Of a stretch of DNA of 61,040 nt, positions 13,113-24,277 are shown in pieces. The DNA is from Octopus bimaculoides. Lineage: Eukaryota. The notes beneath the pieces were generated by a model. It saw only the letters and a list, made by a program, of their open reading frames with translations. It was not told where the DNA came from and did not search any database. Position 1 is the stretch's first letter, and the number at the start of each line of letters is the position of its first letter. Location of the stretch: positions 129,874,117 to 129,935,156 of the forward strand of contig NC_068983.1 of NCBI RefSeq assembly GCF_001194135.2, in the 5' to 3' direction. Made by a program: the position numbers and the translations under genes.

Positions 13113-13191
13113 TATATACATATACATACCTACATATATATGTTTATATACATGTATATATGGGTACAGGACATCACAAAACCTCGACACA
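12845..13191. repeat. Short diverged inverted repeat (about 47-bp arms) around a (TA)n gap
   Basis: The left arm tgtgtccaggatttgtgacgtcctgtacccatatatacatg pairs with the right arm catgtatatatgggtacaggacatcacaaaacctcgacaca, with 3 mismatches. Confidence 0.7.
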
Positions 13192-13249
13192 ATGAGAAAC
13201 GAAAACATAAAAACAAAAACGTAGAAAGCGAACTATGAGAAGAGACAAG

Positions 13250-16200
13250 TAAAAGCAAGTCTTGTTTTTCCGAAGGAAGTGGAAGAAAGAAATATAGATC
13301 GCCTTTATGTTGACAGTGAGTGAGCAGAGATTATTCTCATGCTACCAGAAGGAGAACATGGATACCAGAATTGGTGGTAGAACAGATCCCAATTGAACTG
13401 AAAAAAATAACAGGCATTAGGAAAGACAAACAAGCAACAATATAAGAGATACAGTTCAAACTGAAGAACCTAAGCAAATAAATAAAAGAGCTCTACCAAT
13501 AAAGAAGGGAGAACTGACACCAATGATTTAAGTGATTTAAGTGGGAAAAATCAGAAGATTTAGATGAGTCGCAGGAAGTAATGAGTAAAGAAGTAAGAAA
13601 AGTTTGCCAGCTTTAAAGTCACCAAAAAAGGAAGCTACTAGATGTGCCTAGGAATGTAAATTCTGTTAATCACTAAAAAAATATTCTACAAATGTAGGTG
13701 ACACTAAATTATTTGTCTATGCATGAATAGTAGTAGTAGTTAATAGAAGATTAAATATTACATAGGTAGCAAATATGGAAAATGAGACTACAACATAACG
13801 AGAGGAGTTTAAGACGAGATCTGAGTAGAACAGAAGACTGGAATCGGAACAATTTTCGAAATACAAAATTCAAACATTCTCTTGAGAAAAGATACTTACA
13901 CAAAGAGAAAAGATTTGGGACAGTCATAGAAGAGTTGAAACAACGTATCATATCAGTAGCATGTACGATTTCCAGACATCAGAAAAGAATATTTCATTAT
14001 AAACAGAAAAAAACTTGAGATAGACCGGAGGAGATTGTTTAACTAAATATAGAGCGGAGCAGAAAGTATTGAAGGTGAGAAACCTGATGCACAATGTTCT
14101 GAAGTAATAATTGAGAAAAAGGATGGAGTTGCAGTATTGTTAATAAAAGTAAGGGAAGAAATAACGAGTGAGAAACAGCCAGATCGATGATTGACTAGTG
14201 CATTAGTTAGTAAGGTGTTAGGAAAAATGACGAATTGGTAGGTCCCAAGAACAGATTTTATTTCAAGGCTACTAATTAAAACAATTTAATGGATTACAAC
14301 AGAGGATGAGGATATAATTTCACAATTGCCTTACTAGGGGAATAATACCAGATTGGATGACTAGGAGAACAAGACGCCTTATCGAAGACAGAAGCAACGG
14401 TAATTGAGCTAGGAATTGTAGGTCAATCACTTGCTTATAATTTGTGTGGGAGTTATTAAGAGGAGTGCTTTGAAAAATCCTCTACGAACACTGTAACAGC
14501 CAGGATTGACTGCCAGGAAAAGAGATAGGTTGCAGGAAGAAGTCTAGAGGAACATGATATAGGATACATAGACAAACGAGTTCTAAATGCAGTACACTCT
14601 AGAAAGAATAATCGACGAATGATATATATATATTATAAGAAAAAGCATGACATGATCCCACACTCATAGATAAGTGAATGTTTGAGAATATTCATTATAG
14701 CAGATAAGAGAATTAATTAGTTTTAGCATGAATAAATAGAAAGCGGATCTCTAATCAAGTGACACAGTCATTCGGAAAATTAATATCAGTCGAGGAATTT
14801 GCCAGAAGACACGTTATCTTGTTTCATTGTTGTCGTATATTTGATCCTACTCACTTTTGTATTGAGGAAGGCATAGGCAAGTTATCAGTTCAGTAATAGT
14901 AAGGGGAAAATTAACCATTTGCTCCATATCGAAAACGTGTAGCTTTTTGGTAAGAATGAAACAAAAAAAAAACAGATTCCTTCATTCAGACTGTAAGACA
15001 ATTTAGCGGAGTTATAGGCATGGCATTTGGAATGGATAAGTCTGCAATATTAGTCTTGAGAATGAGACAGGTAGTCAACTGGGAAGGCATCCAATATCAG
15101 ATGCTTAAGCATTAAAATTAGGGACAGGAGAAGGGTGTTGTAAGTATCAATGACAGTTAGAATCTGACAGAGTGCTAACTATAGATATGAAAATGGAATT
15201 TGAGAAAGAGTACATCAGAAAGATGAGTAGGGTAATGAAATTAAATCGAAATGGTCCGAATGTAGTGAAGGCTATAAATACTTGCGTTGGCATCGTTACT
15301 TAGATATTCAACGGTTGTATTAAATTGGACGACACTTGAATTAGCAACGCTAAACAGAATAAAGAGGAAGGAATGAGTATGAATGAATGACTCCACCCGG
15401 GAGCAAGAATAGCAAGAATATGTGTATCTAGAAAATGATGGAAGAGGGTTAATATCAGCAGAAGTTAGAGTTTAGTTAGCTAGAGTAGATACAGACGTCT
15501 ATGTAGCTAATTGTAAAGAAAAATTATTAAGTGCTGCTCGAATCAAAGGAAGATATAGGAACGAAACAACCAAACATCAAAGATCAGAAAAAATAACACA
15601 AGTTATCTGACTGGCAGGAGCAGCCCTTGTATGGTAGTTTCCCAAAGATAGTTATGGTTGCAGGAAGGAAGTTTCGAAAAGGAGGCAGGGAGATTGTTAA
15701 AAGCCACACAAGATCAAGTATTAAGAATTAGCTAGATAAAATCCAACATAGACAAAAGCCAAGTAGATTCCTAATGTAGGTTATGCACATCCAAAGTGTT
15801 AGGTTTTACTCATATAGAAAATGCCTGTAGCATGCTGGCAATGAAAGAATACAAGTAAATGAATGACAACCTAGCGAGAGAAATCCACCGGAAATTTGAA
15901 CATACTTAAAAAAACTGATATGAACTGGAACCTAGTAAACTACAAGTAAGTCAGAATTATAGCAGGTTGTGTGACTTTATCATTGAGACTGACAGAGTAA
16001 TAGAACCTAGACTTAGCAGTAGTAGATAATGAGAATATAAAGGAAATGATAATTGATTTTACAGTCCCATATCAGGAAAAAAAAATTAATACAAGAGGTA
16101 TAGAAAAACTTGCAAAGTACCAAGACTAGCCATTGAGATACGGAGATTATGGAAAGTGCAGGTAAAACGTATCCCAGTAGTTATTGAGACATTATGGGTA

Positions 16201-16368
16201 CGTTATTGGTACAACTAATGATTTGAAGAGATGAATAGATAAAAGCCCAAGAAAACTGTTATTAAGGACAGCTAGGATATATAGGTATGTTCTTAGTATC
16301 TGAACTTACGTGTTGCAGCCCTATATTAAGAATTTTTGTTTTAACGGTCTAACCTACTGTAGGTATAA
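13250..16368 (+). mobile_element. Near full-length degenerate R4/Dong-like RLE retrotransposon
   Basis: Motifs appear in the expected order: LRRDLSR...VIEELKQRI; RNCRSITCL; GCRKKSRGT; KKHDMIPHS; INHLLHIENV (YMDD position decayed); IGMAFGMDKSA; LHPG...GRGLIS; CRLC...H...C; CDFIIETDRVIE..PDLAVVD; IIDFTVP; EKLAKYQD; IPVVIETL; TARIYRYVLSI*. Numerous stops and frameshifts. Confidence 0.92.
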
Positions 16369-16478
16369 CAACAACAACAACATAAAGAAGAAGAAGAAGA
16401 AGAAGAAGAAGAAGAAGAAGAAGAAGAAGAAGAAGAAGAAGAAGAAGAAGAAGAAGAAGAAGAAGAAGAAGAAGAAGA
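16369..16478. repeat. (AAC)n-(AAG)n microsatellite
   Basis: Directly visible; about 31 AAG units at the 3' end of the retrotransposon. Confidence 0.97.
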
Positions 16479-16879
16479 GACGTTTGACATGTGAGTGCGA
16501 TAAAACACTGCTGCGAAATCTATCCCAAAGCATCGGGAATAAAGGCATCACATGGAGCCAACAATAACTGACAAAGTGTTGGACTATATCCGAGTAAGTA
16601 ATATTCATTGAAATTTATTTTTATTTTCTACATGAAATGATGCATTTTAACTATATATGATCTCCATTGCTCGCACAGCACATGCAAACACACTCGCCAC
16701 ATTACGATCCAAACAAGACCACACCATCTATGTCCCCAAACACCATGCACAAAAAAATTCAAATTAGTGAAATAATACCTGTATTATTTAACTCAAAAAT
16801 AACAATCGGTAAGTACGTAATATAAACTTGTTACACAAAAACTACGAGAAACTACACATGCAAAACCATTTAACACAAG

Positions 16880-18175
16880 AAATAATTGAAACACAAAAAT
16901 TAACAAAGAGATAAAATGAACGATATGCTTCCCCAATGGGGGGAGTTCCACCCTAAAATAACCAAAGAGACGTCACGTACGTTGAACCACTTAGCACCAA
17001 CGTTTCCTCATGAAGGTACCCTCTTTTTTCCCTTACATCCGGTCTAGAGGCGTAGACTTACATTAGGCCCATTCACACGGGCCATAGCCACCAGATAGAG
17101 AAAAATTGTCCTCCCTAACCGGCCAAAGGAAAATAGCCAGATCCACCGTACATGTTACAATAACTGTTCGACAAAGCTCTACAAGTTAGCAGCGTGCAGA
17201 CACTGTACGAGAGCATGCAGGGCGTTTTATCTCTGCGCGTGCATCTCGGACATGTCTGACTCTCTGCACACTCTTGTAGAAGTTATCTCGAACTGGCAGC
17301 GCACCCCGACAGCACACCCCGGCAGCGCCACCCGGCAGCGCCACCCGGCAGCGCCACCCGGCAGCGCCANNNNNNNNNNNNNNNNNNNNNNNNNNNNNNN
17401 NNNNNNNNNNNNNNNNNNNNNNNNNNNNNNNNNNNNNNNNNNNNNNNNNNNNNNNNNNNNNNNNNNNNNNNNNNNNNNNNNNNNNNNNNNNNNNNNNNNN
17501 NNNNNNNNNNNNNNNNNNNNNNNNNNNNNNNNNNNNNNNNNNNNNNNNNNNNNNNNNNNNNNNNNNNNNNNNNNNNNNNNNNNNNNNNNNNNNNNNNNNN
17601 NNNNNNNNNNNNNNNNNNNNNNNNNNNNNNNNNNNNNNNNNNNNNNNNNNNNNNNNNNNNNNNNNNNNNNNNNNNNNNNNNNNNNNNNNNNNNNNNNNNN
17701 NNNNNNNNNNNNNNNNNTCCTCGACGCCCAGGACTTCTCCCACTCAAACCTTATCCTCCGCTAATCCCCTATAGAACTTCTAACGACTGCATTCCCCGAC
17801 TGGCTGGTGGCTGTGAGCGCTTGGAGACATTCTAGATGCCAAGCGCCCTGCCTCGGTCAACAACTGGACCCGGACTCTAGCTCCGTTAAGGAGACGAGCT
17901 TCGGAAAATCACGTTCAACAAACTTTTGTTTCTCGTTAATGTATCGCTGGAGATGCCACATCCTCACACCCAGCATGCCCAGACCTCCACGCAAAGGGTA
18001 CTGACAGTAAATGGACCATCTGACAAGCGGTACCTCTCGCCCCCACTGGAATCGAAAGACCAAACTCACTATAGGATCAGCAGTGCTTATCTTGAAGATA
18101 AGAGAGAAACGTCTCCACTTGCAAGCAAAAACGATATCGTAAATTTCGAAATGTGAAGCATAACTCTTCAGACAG
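16880..18175 (-). mobile_element. L1-clade (Tx1-like) retrotransposon, 3' ORF2 fragment with zf-RVT, interrupted by a minisatellite and gap
   Basis: Minus translation gives LVFRFQWGREVPLVRWSIYCQYPLRGGLGM...FPKLVSLTEL; GEVLGVEE; CCRGALPVRDNFYK, then frameshifted TCPRC. These are L1/Tx1 post-RT and zf-RVT motifs. The block is a GC-rich island. Confidence 0.75.
17318..17369. repeat. 13-bp GC-rich minisatellite (cccggcagcgcca)n running into a gap
   Basis: Four perfect units are visible before the N-run 17370-17717. Confidence 0.95.
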
Positions 18176-20180
18176 CGTATCATTTACCAAACCTTGATAA
18201 GTTTTGTATATTGATTATATTCATAAAAAGTGTTACAGAAATAAAATGCTACGAAGCACGGTGGAATTCTAATTTCACAGATGCGCAAACAATATACAGG
18301 ATACATATTAAAGCATCACTCGATTAGTGCGCGCACAGGCACGCACACGCACATCAGCAGTAAATCATAAATCCTAAACTGAAGCACACTATAACTTATG
18401 GAGCAGCGGAGTATTTAGAGAAGGACAGTTATGGCCGGTTAGCCATAGTTTCGCATCTGTAAATTGCTTAGCTTTAAGCACGTTTTCTCCTGCTATTTGG
18501 GTGTGGTGAATTGGGTGTAAAGCTAAGGGATTTATGAACGCGAATCCCTAGGTAACNNNNNNNNNNNNNNNNNNNNNNNNNNNNNNNNNNNNNNNNNNNN
18601 NNNNNNNNNNNNNNNNNNNNNNNNNNNNNNNNNNNNNNNNNNNNNNNNNNNNNNNNNNNNNNNNNNNNNNNNNNNNNNNNNNNNNNNNNNNNNNNNNNNN
18701 NNNNNNNNNNNNNNNNNNNNNNNNNNNNNNNNNNNNNNNNNNNNNNNNNNNNNNNNNNNNNNNNNNNNNNNNNNNNNNNNNNNNNNNNNNNNNNNNNNNN
18801 NNNNNNNNNNNNNNNNNNNNNNNNNNNNNNNNNNNNNNNNNNNNNNNNNNNNNNNNNNNNNNNNNNNNNNNNNNNNNNNNNNNNNNNNNNNNNNNNNNNN
18901 NNNNNNNNNNNNNNNNNNNNNNNNNNNNNNNNNNNNNNNNNNNNNNNNNNNNNNNNNNNNNNNNNNNNNNNNNNNNNNNNNNNNNNNNNNNNNNNNNNNN
19001 NNNNNNNNNNNNNNNNNNNNNNNNNNNNNNNNNNNNNNNNNNNNNNNNNNNNNNNNNNNNNNNNNNNNNNNNNNNNNNNNNNNNNNNNNNNNNNNNNNNN
19101 NNNNNNNNNNNNNNNNNNNNNTATATACTTATTTTTATATGCAAATAAATTTGTTTGTGAGAGGGGGAAAGAGAGGGTGATAGAGGGATGGCATATACTT
19201 TAAGAAATATCTGTATGAAGGAAATTGCATTCGAAAGCAATAAAACTCCATAAATGGTTCCATTCACATTCCAGAGCCTCAACCAGACGCATACTGGATA
19301 CGAATAATTATAAATATAGGTATGTTCGAATGCTATTGCAAGAGTAAAGGCAAATTCTTGCAACCATTTAGAGTCATTTCACATATGCAAACCTTCTGTA
19401 TTAGTTACCTATCATTACATATGTATTCATTTCGATGCCACGTTTTTTATCGTAGATATCCTTATCCAAGATGGAGAGCGATTATCGGCATTTTTCAGTG
19501 AACGGCTAGAGGATTGTGGACATTCTTTCCACATGCAGTCATTTGAAGTATTCTTAATTCACAAAAATGTCTGTTTATTTGTGTACGCGTGTGGGAGTTA
19601 CCTTGAAATGAAGTGTGCAATAGATTTCCCTCGCCAATAGAGGTGAAGTATTACATACCAACATTTCTTGAATTATTTTAGAGCTCAATATAGCCATTAA
19701 TAGTTCTAGACACCACCATGCCATGCCATCTCTTCACACGGGGGTGCTATATGTATCTATGAATGCAAGTCCGTAAGTATGTTTGCTGTTAGTTCCTATA
19801 TATACCTGTATTTTTTTTATATAACATTATGTTTTAGTGTGATACAGGATTTTCAGAAGAAATATATTTTTGCTGATTTTTCAACGTCATCCGCCGATGT
19901 ACTTAGCATCAGAACCCCGTGTTGGCGTTATATCTATAACATTTCATGACGAAGCGACTAATATTGCAAGTAAAGAAAACGATTATAGCAGACAAGGATT
20001 TAAGTTCGTAAAATTGATTTTAGCGGACGAGGATGGGATTAGTGTCTAAGCGTTTCGGCTGAGGATAAGATTTGAAATGTCTATGAAGAATTAATAATAA
20101 AAATTGCTTTTAATACCGTGTAATGATTTTATAAATGTTTTGTTACATTTCATCCCATTACATTAAATTAAATATTGTTC

Positions 20181-20214
<34 letters not shown>

Positions 20215-20921
20215 AATATAAAGCTATCTTAAATACTTTAATTTTACACAACTATACAATCCCAAGCTTCAGTTTACGAGGATACGGCATTCTCATCATT
20301 GTTCTCACTATCATTGCTTGACATTGTAGTAAATCGTGCTCAAGTCATGTTCTAATGTTTTAAACCTGTATTCTGAGCCATAAAAATACATTGTGTACGG
20401 CAGAATTGATTTTGATCTTAGGTATATTCAATCAATGAAGATCGAGTTAAACAACCACAACCACAAGTTTGTAGAGGATTAGGGGGGGGGGGTGCTATAG
20501 AATACAACAAATTTTGTATCATTATCAGTCTGTGTAGATAGTTCTACCATAATGCCACTTGATATAAAAAATTATATCTGACACATATCCTGACCCGAAT
20601 ATTTGTGGTAATATAGTGCCCTGCTCTCATATCTGGAATGGTACTGTTGATACCTGATTACGCATCTTAGAAACTATCCCAAAAATGTGAATTCATTCTA
20701 GTAATGTTAGTGAGTGCCATGATGTCAGCAGAAAAACTCAGTTGTTTCTTCTTTGGTTTACAGTGGAACGAATCTAGTTTCCGCTTCTTAAAATTTGTTT
20801 TAATCATGCAACATCCACTCAAGTTTTCATGACTCACTTGTCTCATACTAACTACTAATCAAGTTATTTTCCCCTAAGCCATTCAACATCTCGGTTCCCA
20901 TACAGCATGTTTATACTACAG

Positions 20922-21693
20922 CAGTCAGCTTTAATTCGCATCCATTGTTTGGAGTTCGTCTAGACGAGGATGTTATCAACAACAGATCTTGGCGGGATTT
21001 TGAAGACTACAGGTTTGTGCGTTACCCCTCTTCCAAACGAATCAACAAGAAATTAAATATTTACTATTCAGGAACGAAAAGAAATTTTCGTTTACTGTGG
21101 CGACACTCTCGGACAGAGGTATATGTTGCTAAATGGTGACTGGAAAGTTAAAAGTGGAACTAATCTCTAATACACTCTAGAGAGTATAATGCATGTGAAT
21201 TTTGTAGGAATCATATGTAATCAGCATATAACAAGATCAGGTATTGAATGATTACTTTTACTGGCGCTTCTGAATAACAATTAAGGTCGGTGTTCACCAG
21301 CTAAGTAATATATTCAGTCTGTAAAATTACAATATATTCTTATCACTGCCTTGCTATCAAGCCTGTAACAAATTTGATCATAGCATTTCCCAAATGTTTC
21401 CTGCTTCAAACAATCGAATAAAAATGTCCTGTTATTATTGTAAAGCAGTCGTTTTAATTAAATATTGACCTCATTAACCAGATGAATCTTTCTTTGAAGT
21501 GAGAGATATAAAAAATACTGTAAAGTATTTTTCTGCCCCAGGTTCACAAAACAAATTTAACTTTCCGTAATTATATTCATTTACTGGTTCAGGCTAATTA
21601 CTCGCTTTGCATTTATTAGGGTTATTTCAAAGTCTCGGCCAGACACAAATCCTCACTATTCATGATGCCTTGTTTCGCATAAAAAGCTTCTAA
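20922..21693 (+). CDS. Tentative three-exon fragment (20922-21012, 21072-21118, 21620-21693) encoding a divergent cadherin-repeat-like peptide; may be pseudogenic or spurious
   Basis: GT-AG introns with compatible phases give VSFNSHPLFGVRLDEDVINNRSWRDFEDYRNEKKFSFTVATLSDRGLFQSLGQTQILTIHDALFRIKSF*. The spacing resembles the cadherin consensus FxIdxxtGxIxxxxxLDxE...FTVxAxDxG...IxD. The exons were chosen by eye. Confidence 0.25.
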
Positions 21694-22789
21694 AAGTGTG
21701 AAGGAATCACAATAATTAGCTCTGAATGCTGAAACGTTGTACAAGAGGACAAACATTATATCTAATTTACAAAATAAAACAAGAAAAAACAAATAACTTT
21801 CCCGATTTATCATTGCACTCAGGGAACGAGTAGTAGTTTATGAAGCTTCTACTTGTTATACGTGTATTTCAGAAGTAAATTACTGGATTGGATGGGACAT
21901 GCACCGCCTCTGCTTCTGGAGCGCTTAGAATGACCCTTTTATGAGTGATAGTTGCTGGCCACTGAGTGGACGGTACAACGTAGCCTTGATTACTATATAA
22001 TGAGGTGTTTACCAAGTTGCCTATACTCTTATCAAGTTGCCTATCCTCTTTGCAGTTATACTTAACTGGAATTTGCTGTAATGCAACCAATACGGAATAT
22101 ATACTAGCTTTCTTGTCATCGTTTGCTTATAGCACTTTCCATTTTATAATATCACTCTCATTCAGAAATCATACATCAAAAAGTTACTTCTCTCTCACAC
22201 GCAGTGACCTTGATAAGGTCACCATTTTTTTACTCTTATGCAGCAGCATACTTTTGTATAATATTTTATAACCTCCGAACTGCTAAAAGAAAGAAAAGTC
22301 ATAGTTATATCTACTACAATAGGAATAAATCTCCTTATTGGTAAGATAATAGGATTGAATAATTTAAGAATTATTTCCATTTTTAATTTCCAAAGAATTG
22401 TACAAATAGTGATGTAATTGTTCGTGAAAAATTTACCGCGATGAAATTACAGCAAAATTCTATTTTTCTATCAACTTTGTGATAAATTACTTGTGGTTAC
22501 TGGGAAGGATAAAATTAAAATTTGAGACATAAATCATTATTGTCAAAGGAATGTTTTCCTTAGTTAATGAGGAAAACATACTAATTTTATGAATATGATT
22601 CATATTTGTAATTTTGAAGACAACTGTTAAAATTTATACCGAGTTAAAATTAACCCATTAAAGAGGCTATAAATTGCAATGTGTTTCTCACCGTATTATC
22701 TTATTTTGTTTTCATAAAACTAGCAATTATCCTGATCTTAATTAATTAAGTGATTGCAGTCGGGGAAAAATCTAAATTGGGAAAAGTTA

Positions 22790-23702
22790 GGATCTTTTAC
22801 TTTTGGCCCACACTTAGAAACATATTTTTTGTAACTAAACATTTTCAAATTTCGTATACTGGTAGAATGTGTCATTTAATTATCATTTAGTCTTGGTGTT
22901 TTTAAGAAAATTGTTCATTTTCGAAGTTGTTTCGTGTTAAAGTTGTCATATTTCGGTAATTTCAACCAATCAATGACGTCTATTTAGGTGACAACAATTA
23001 CTGCTGTGGTTTGTCAACAATGCGTTCCAGTGGTGTGTATTTAGTTTGTCACTGTTATTTCTGATATATTTACATTTGAGATACACGTGTGTATAGTTTA
23101 ATCAATTCAGTTATTACTTATTTATTTATTTATTTTCAGTTTATTTTGTTTGATGTTAGAGTTACAGAAAAATGTGAAAAATGAAGAAATTGGAGGGAGA
23201 GGGAGGCAAACATAACTTTCCGTAAATAGTAGCTGAAAGAAACTTAACCTAGCCCTAAAACCCTAGCTCTAACCCTGACTCTAAAACCTTATGCCTAACC
23301 CTAACACCCTAACCCTAACCCTAACCCTAACCCTAGAAACCTAATCCTAACCCTAACTCTAAACCCGAACCTGAAGCCTAAGCCTAAAACCCTAATGCTA
23401 AAACCAGTACAAACTCACGAACGATGTCATAAATAACAGTGACAAACAAAACATAGACCGCCGGAAGTTGTTGTTAACAAAGAATAGCAGTAATTGTTTT
23501 CACCTCAATAGACGTCATTGATTGGTTGAATTTACCGAAATACAACTTTAACACGAAAGAACTTCGAAAATACACACTTTTCTCAAAAACGCCAAGAATA
23601 AATGATGTTTTATGTCACAAATTCTACCAGTATACGAATTTGTAAAGTGTTTAGTTACAAAAAAATTATCTTTTAAATGTGCCGGCCAAAGGGAAAAGAT
23701 CC
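22790..23702. mobile_element. Non-autonomous DNA transposon (MITE/foldback) with about 275-bp TIRs and internal telomere-like repeats
   Basis: 22790-23063 is inverted relative to 23427-23702. The termini are ggatcttttacttttggcc and ggccaaagggaaaagatcc, and the flanks aaaagtta and aaaaatta match 7/8 (TSD). Confidence 0.85.
23245..23405 (-). repeat. Interstitial telomere-like (TTAGGG)n array, degenerate
   Basis: (ccctaa)x4 is perfect at 23307-23330, with many variant units on either side. Confidence 0.9.
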
Positions 23703-24060
23703 AAAAATTAATTTCAGAAATGTTAAATAATTATTATTTCCCTAATTTACTACATACAAAGGCACACCCCTGAAATTAGAATTGGATCTAGAGAGATTGT
23801 ATGATTCATAAACCAGGGAAAAGTTTCTGGTGCAGTCAATTTGTTACAATTTCTTCCTGCTTGTCCCAGACTGGTTATCAAGCATTTGAAGTCTCCTTAG
23901 AAGATATATCGATAGATGTTTCTGAAATGGATTTTCCACTTGTTTCACCTGGACAGTTTCCCTTTCATTAATTTTGTGCCTGTCGAAAGCCTGTCACTAG
24001 CCAAATGTAAGCTTCCACCCAAGACCTTAAAGAAAGTTTCAGTACTTTCCTTTTATAATA

Positions 24061-24277
24061 CGTAAGGGTGCTGAAACTTATTTGGCTTTAAGTTTATCGC
24101 GAAAGGCTGGGTTCGAGGCCCAACATCCAAAGTTCCTTATCAACGCTCAGAAAACCTGAAGGCCAGTTGCAATAAGTGTGTGAACCTGAGAGGAGAATAT
24201 ATTTAATAAAATCATATTTAATTGATCTTCCTGTATTTTCTTTCACTTAAAGCCAGAAACTTTTCAGCTCCCATTTG
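24061..24277 (+). mobile_element. Mariner-derived MITE (about 217 bp)
   Basis: Imperfect TIRs gggtgctgaaacttatttggcttt and aaagccagaaacttttcagctccc, with TA on both flanks. The internal aagtgtgtgaacctgagaggagaatat encodes KCVNLRGEY, like the mariner transposase C-terminus. Confidence 0.7.

Noticed and set aside
17318-17369. CRISPR array
   Set aside because: These are contiguous tandem units without spacers in a eukaryotic context, with no cas genes.
18320-18556. CpG-containing block next to a gap as a promoter
   Set aside because: No core promoter motif arrangement, and the gap truncates it.
19848-20049. Open frame ending ...KLILADEDGISV* as an upstream exon of the cadherin-like candidate
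   Set aside because: A phase-compatible donor exists, but the peptide does not match the first half of a cadherin repeat, so there is no independent support.
23245-23405. True telomere or chromosome fusion site
   Set aside because: The array is short, degenerate, single-orientation and enclosed within the TIRs of a transposon.
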